DNA from: an uncultured Prevotella sp.
Lineage (GTDB): Bacteria > Bacteroidota > Bacteroidia > Bacteroidales > Bacteroidaceae
Length of the DNA: 64,000 bases
NCBI GenBank assembly: GCA_902800365.1
Contig: CADCEF010000004.1
Location: 31,768 to 95,767, forward strand
Reading direction: 5' to 3'
Below the pieces are notes generated by a model. The model was not told the origin of the DNA and did no database searches. It worked only from the letters and a program-made list of their open reading frames with translations. The translations under genes and the position numbers were made by a program. The number at the start of each line of letters is the position of its first letter. The stretch's first letter is position 1. Shown here in pieces: positions 62,943 to 64,000 of the stretch.

Positions 62943-62974
62943 AAAAGAGATAAGCGCAAAAGCTTATCTCTTTT
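62943..62974. terminator. Palindrome H5
   Basis: AAAAGAGATAAG-CGCAAAAG-CTTATCTCTTTT between convergent genes. Confidence 0.85.
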
Positions 62975-62980
62975 TTGTCT

Positions 62981-63892
62981 CTATAGATTCTCGGCCTCAA
63001 GGAAACGTAACTCAGCCTCCAGCATCTCCAGCTTACGCATAGGGAATCCAGCCTCGCGGGCTATCTCAAGCGGACGTGTGTAGAGATAATATATCTCCAT
63101 CGGACGATGGAAGTCGTAGTCCAGTCGCATCGATGGCGAGTAAGGCGTCATCTCGTCCGTCATCGTTATCATCTTCTCAACAAACGCCTCGTCAAGGTTC
63201 TTCACGCCCAGATGCAGAGCAGCGCCTACCACCTCCATCATCTGCTCGCGTATCAGCTTTCGTGTAGAAGGGTTCTTCAGCAGTTTGTCGGTCTGCGTGT
63301 GCAGTGCCACCGTCATACCGTTAAACGGCATGTTCCATACCGCCTTTTTCCATCGCGCCTCGTTATACTCCACCAGCCCAGTCTCAATGCCAGCAGCGCG
63401 GAATTCATCCACCACCGCCTGCATCTTCGCCTCGTCGCGGCATGAGTAGTTGGCCAGGTTTATGCTGCCGTAGCACTGATGACTCACCACACCCGGCTCA
63501 GTCTTTGCCGAACAGATAAAAGCCAGTCCTGCAGCCAGCTGCACCCCAGGAAACATCTTCTGCACATCGTCCTCCACACCTATGCCGTTCTGTATCAGCA
63601 CCACCAGCGTGTCGGCGCCTACCAATGGAGTCAGCAGCTCCTTCAGCATGCCGTTGTTAACCGATTTCAGGCCCACCAGCACCACGTCGCACTTTGGCAT
63701 GTCGCTCGAGTGCTGATACACGTTCACGTTGTCCAGATGGAACGATCCGTCGCACGAGTCAACCTGCAGTCCGTTCTGCTTCACATATTCATAGTCGCGA
63801 TGCAGCAAGAAGTGCACCTCCTGCCCTCCATGAGCCAGTTTTGCACCGTAATATCCTCCTATGGCACCAGTGCCGATTACTCCGTATTTCAT
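62981..63892 (-). CDS. panE: Ketopantoate reductase family protein
   Basis: GTGAIGGYYG, LIQNGIG, WKKAVWN, SMRLD; start could be 63898 or 63904. Confidence 0.85.
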   Translation of the reverse strand: MKYGVIGTGAIGGYYGAKLAHGGQEVHFLLHRDYEYVKQNGLQVDSCDGSFHLDNVNVYQHSSDMPKCDVVLVGLKSVNNGMLKELLTPLVGADTLVVLIQNGIGVEDDVQKMFPGVQLAAGLAFICSAKTEPGVVSHQCYGSINLANYSCRDEAKMQAVVDEFRAAGIETGLVEYNEARWKKAVWNMPFNGMTVALHTQTDKLLKNPSTRKLIREQMMEVVGAALHLGVKNLDEAFVEKMITMTDEMTPYSPSMRLDYDFHRPMEIYYLYTRPLEIAREAGFPMRKLEMLEAELRFLEAENL

Positions 63893-64000
63893 ATTCATTT
63901 CCATTATTCCGGGGCAAAGGTACAAATTTTCCCGATAAAGCCACAACATTAATTCGCTTATTTGTATTTAATACTATCCGAAATGTTTCCAAGGCCCATT

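Noticed and set aside
54448-62974. CRISPR array
   Set aside because: Repeats are separated by whole genes, not 30-40 nt spacers, and no cas genes are present.
54440-62980. Classical integron (attC sites, intI)
   Set aside because: The repeats lack RYYYAAC/GTTRRRY ends, genes have their own promoters and mixed orientation, and there is no integrase ORF.

Overview
A 64 kb chromosomal window from a Bacteroidota bacterium, most likely a Prevotella/Xylanibacter-type organism (inferred from TAnnTTTG/TTTG promoters and gene content). About 54 kb is mostly housekeeping: gyrA, clpC, nadE, a complete rseC-rnfBCDGEA operon, smpB-metH, an Omp85 protein, a GH29 fucosidase, pfp, ruvC, lepA and pheT. A small accessory cluster sits at 1-4.3 kb. 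The most unusual part is 54.4-63.0 kb, downstream of tRNA-Lys(CTT). It has a duplicated tRNA 3' end (att-like, 59491-59514) and no recognisable integrase. It carries an orphan antitoxin, HicAB and MNT-HEPN, alternating with five exported or surface proteins. Two repeat families separate these genes: five AAGAGATAAG-N5/8-CTTATCTCTT palindromes and three copies of a palindrome-plus-promoter junction module, two of which form a perfect 41-bp inverted repeat around a 2 kb segment. I interpret this as a candidate modular gene-cassette array; this is inference and needs comparative genomics. Start codons were adjusted from the ORF track where a promoter or signal peptide indicated a downstream start. 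All family calls come from motif recognition, not database searches.
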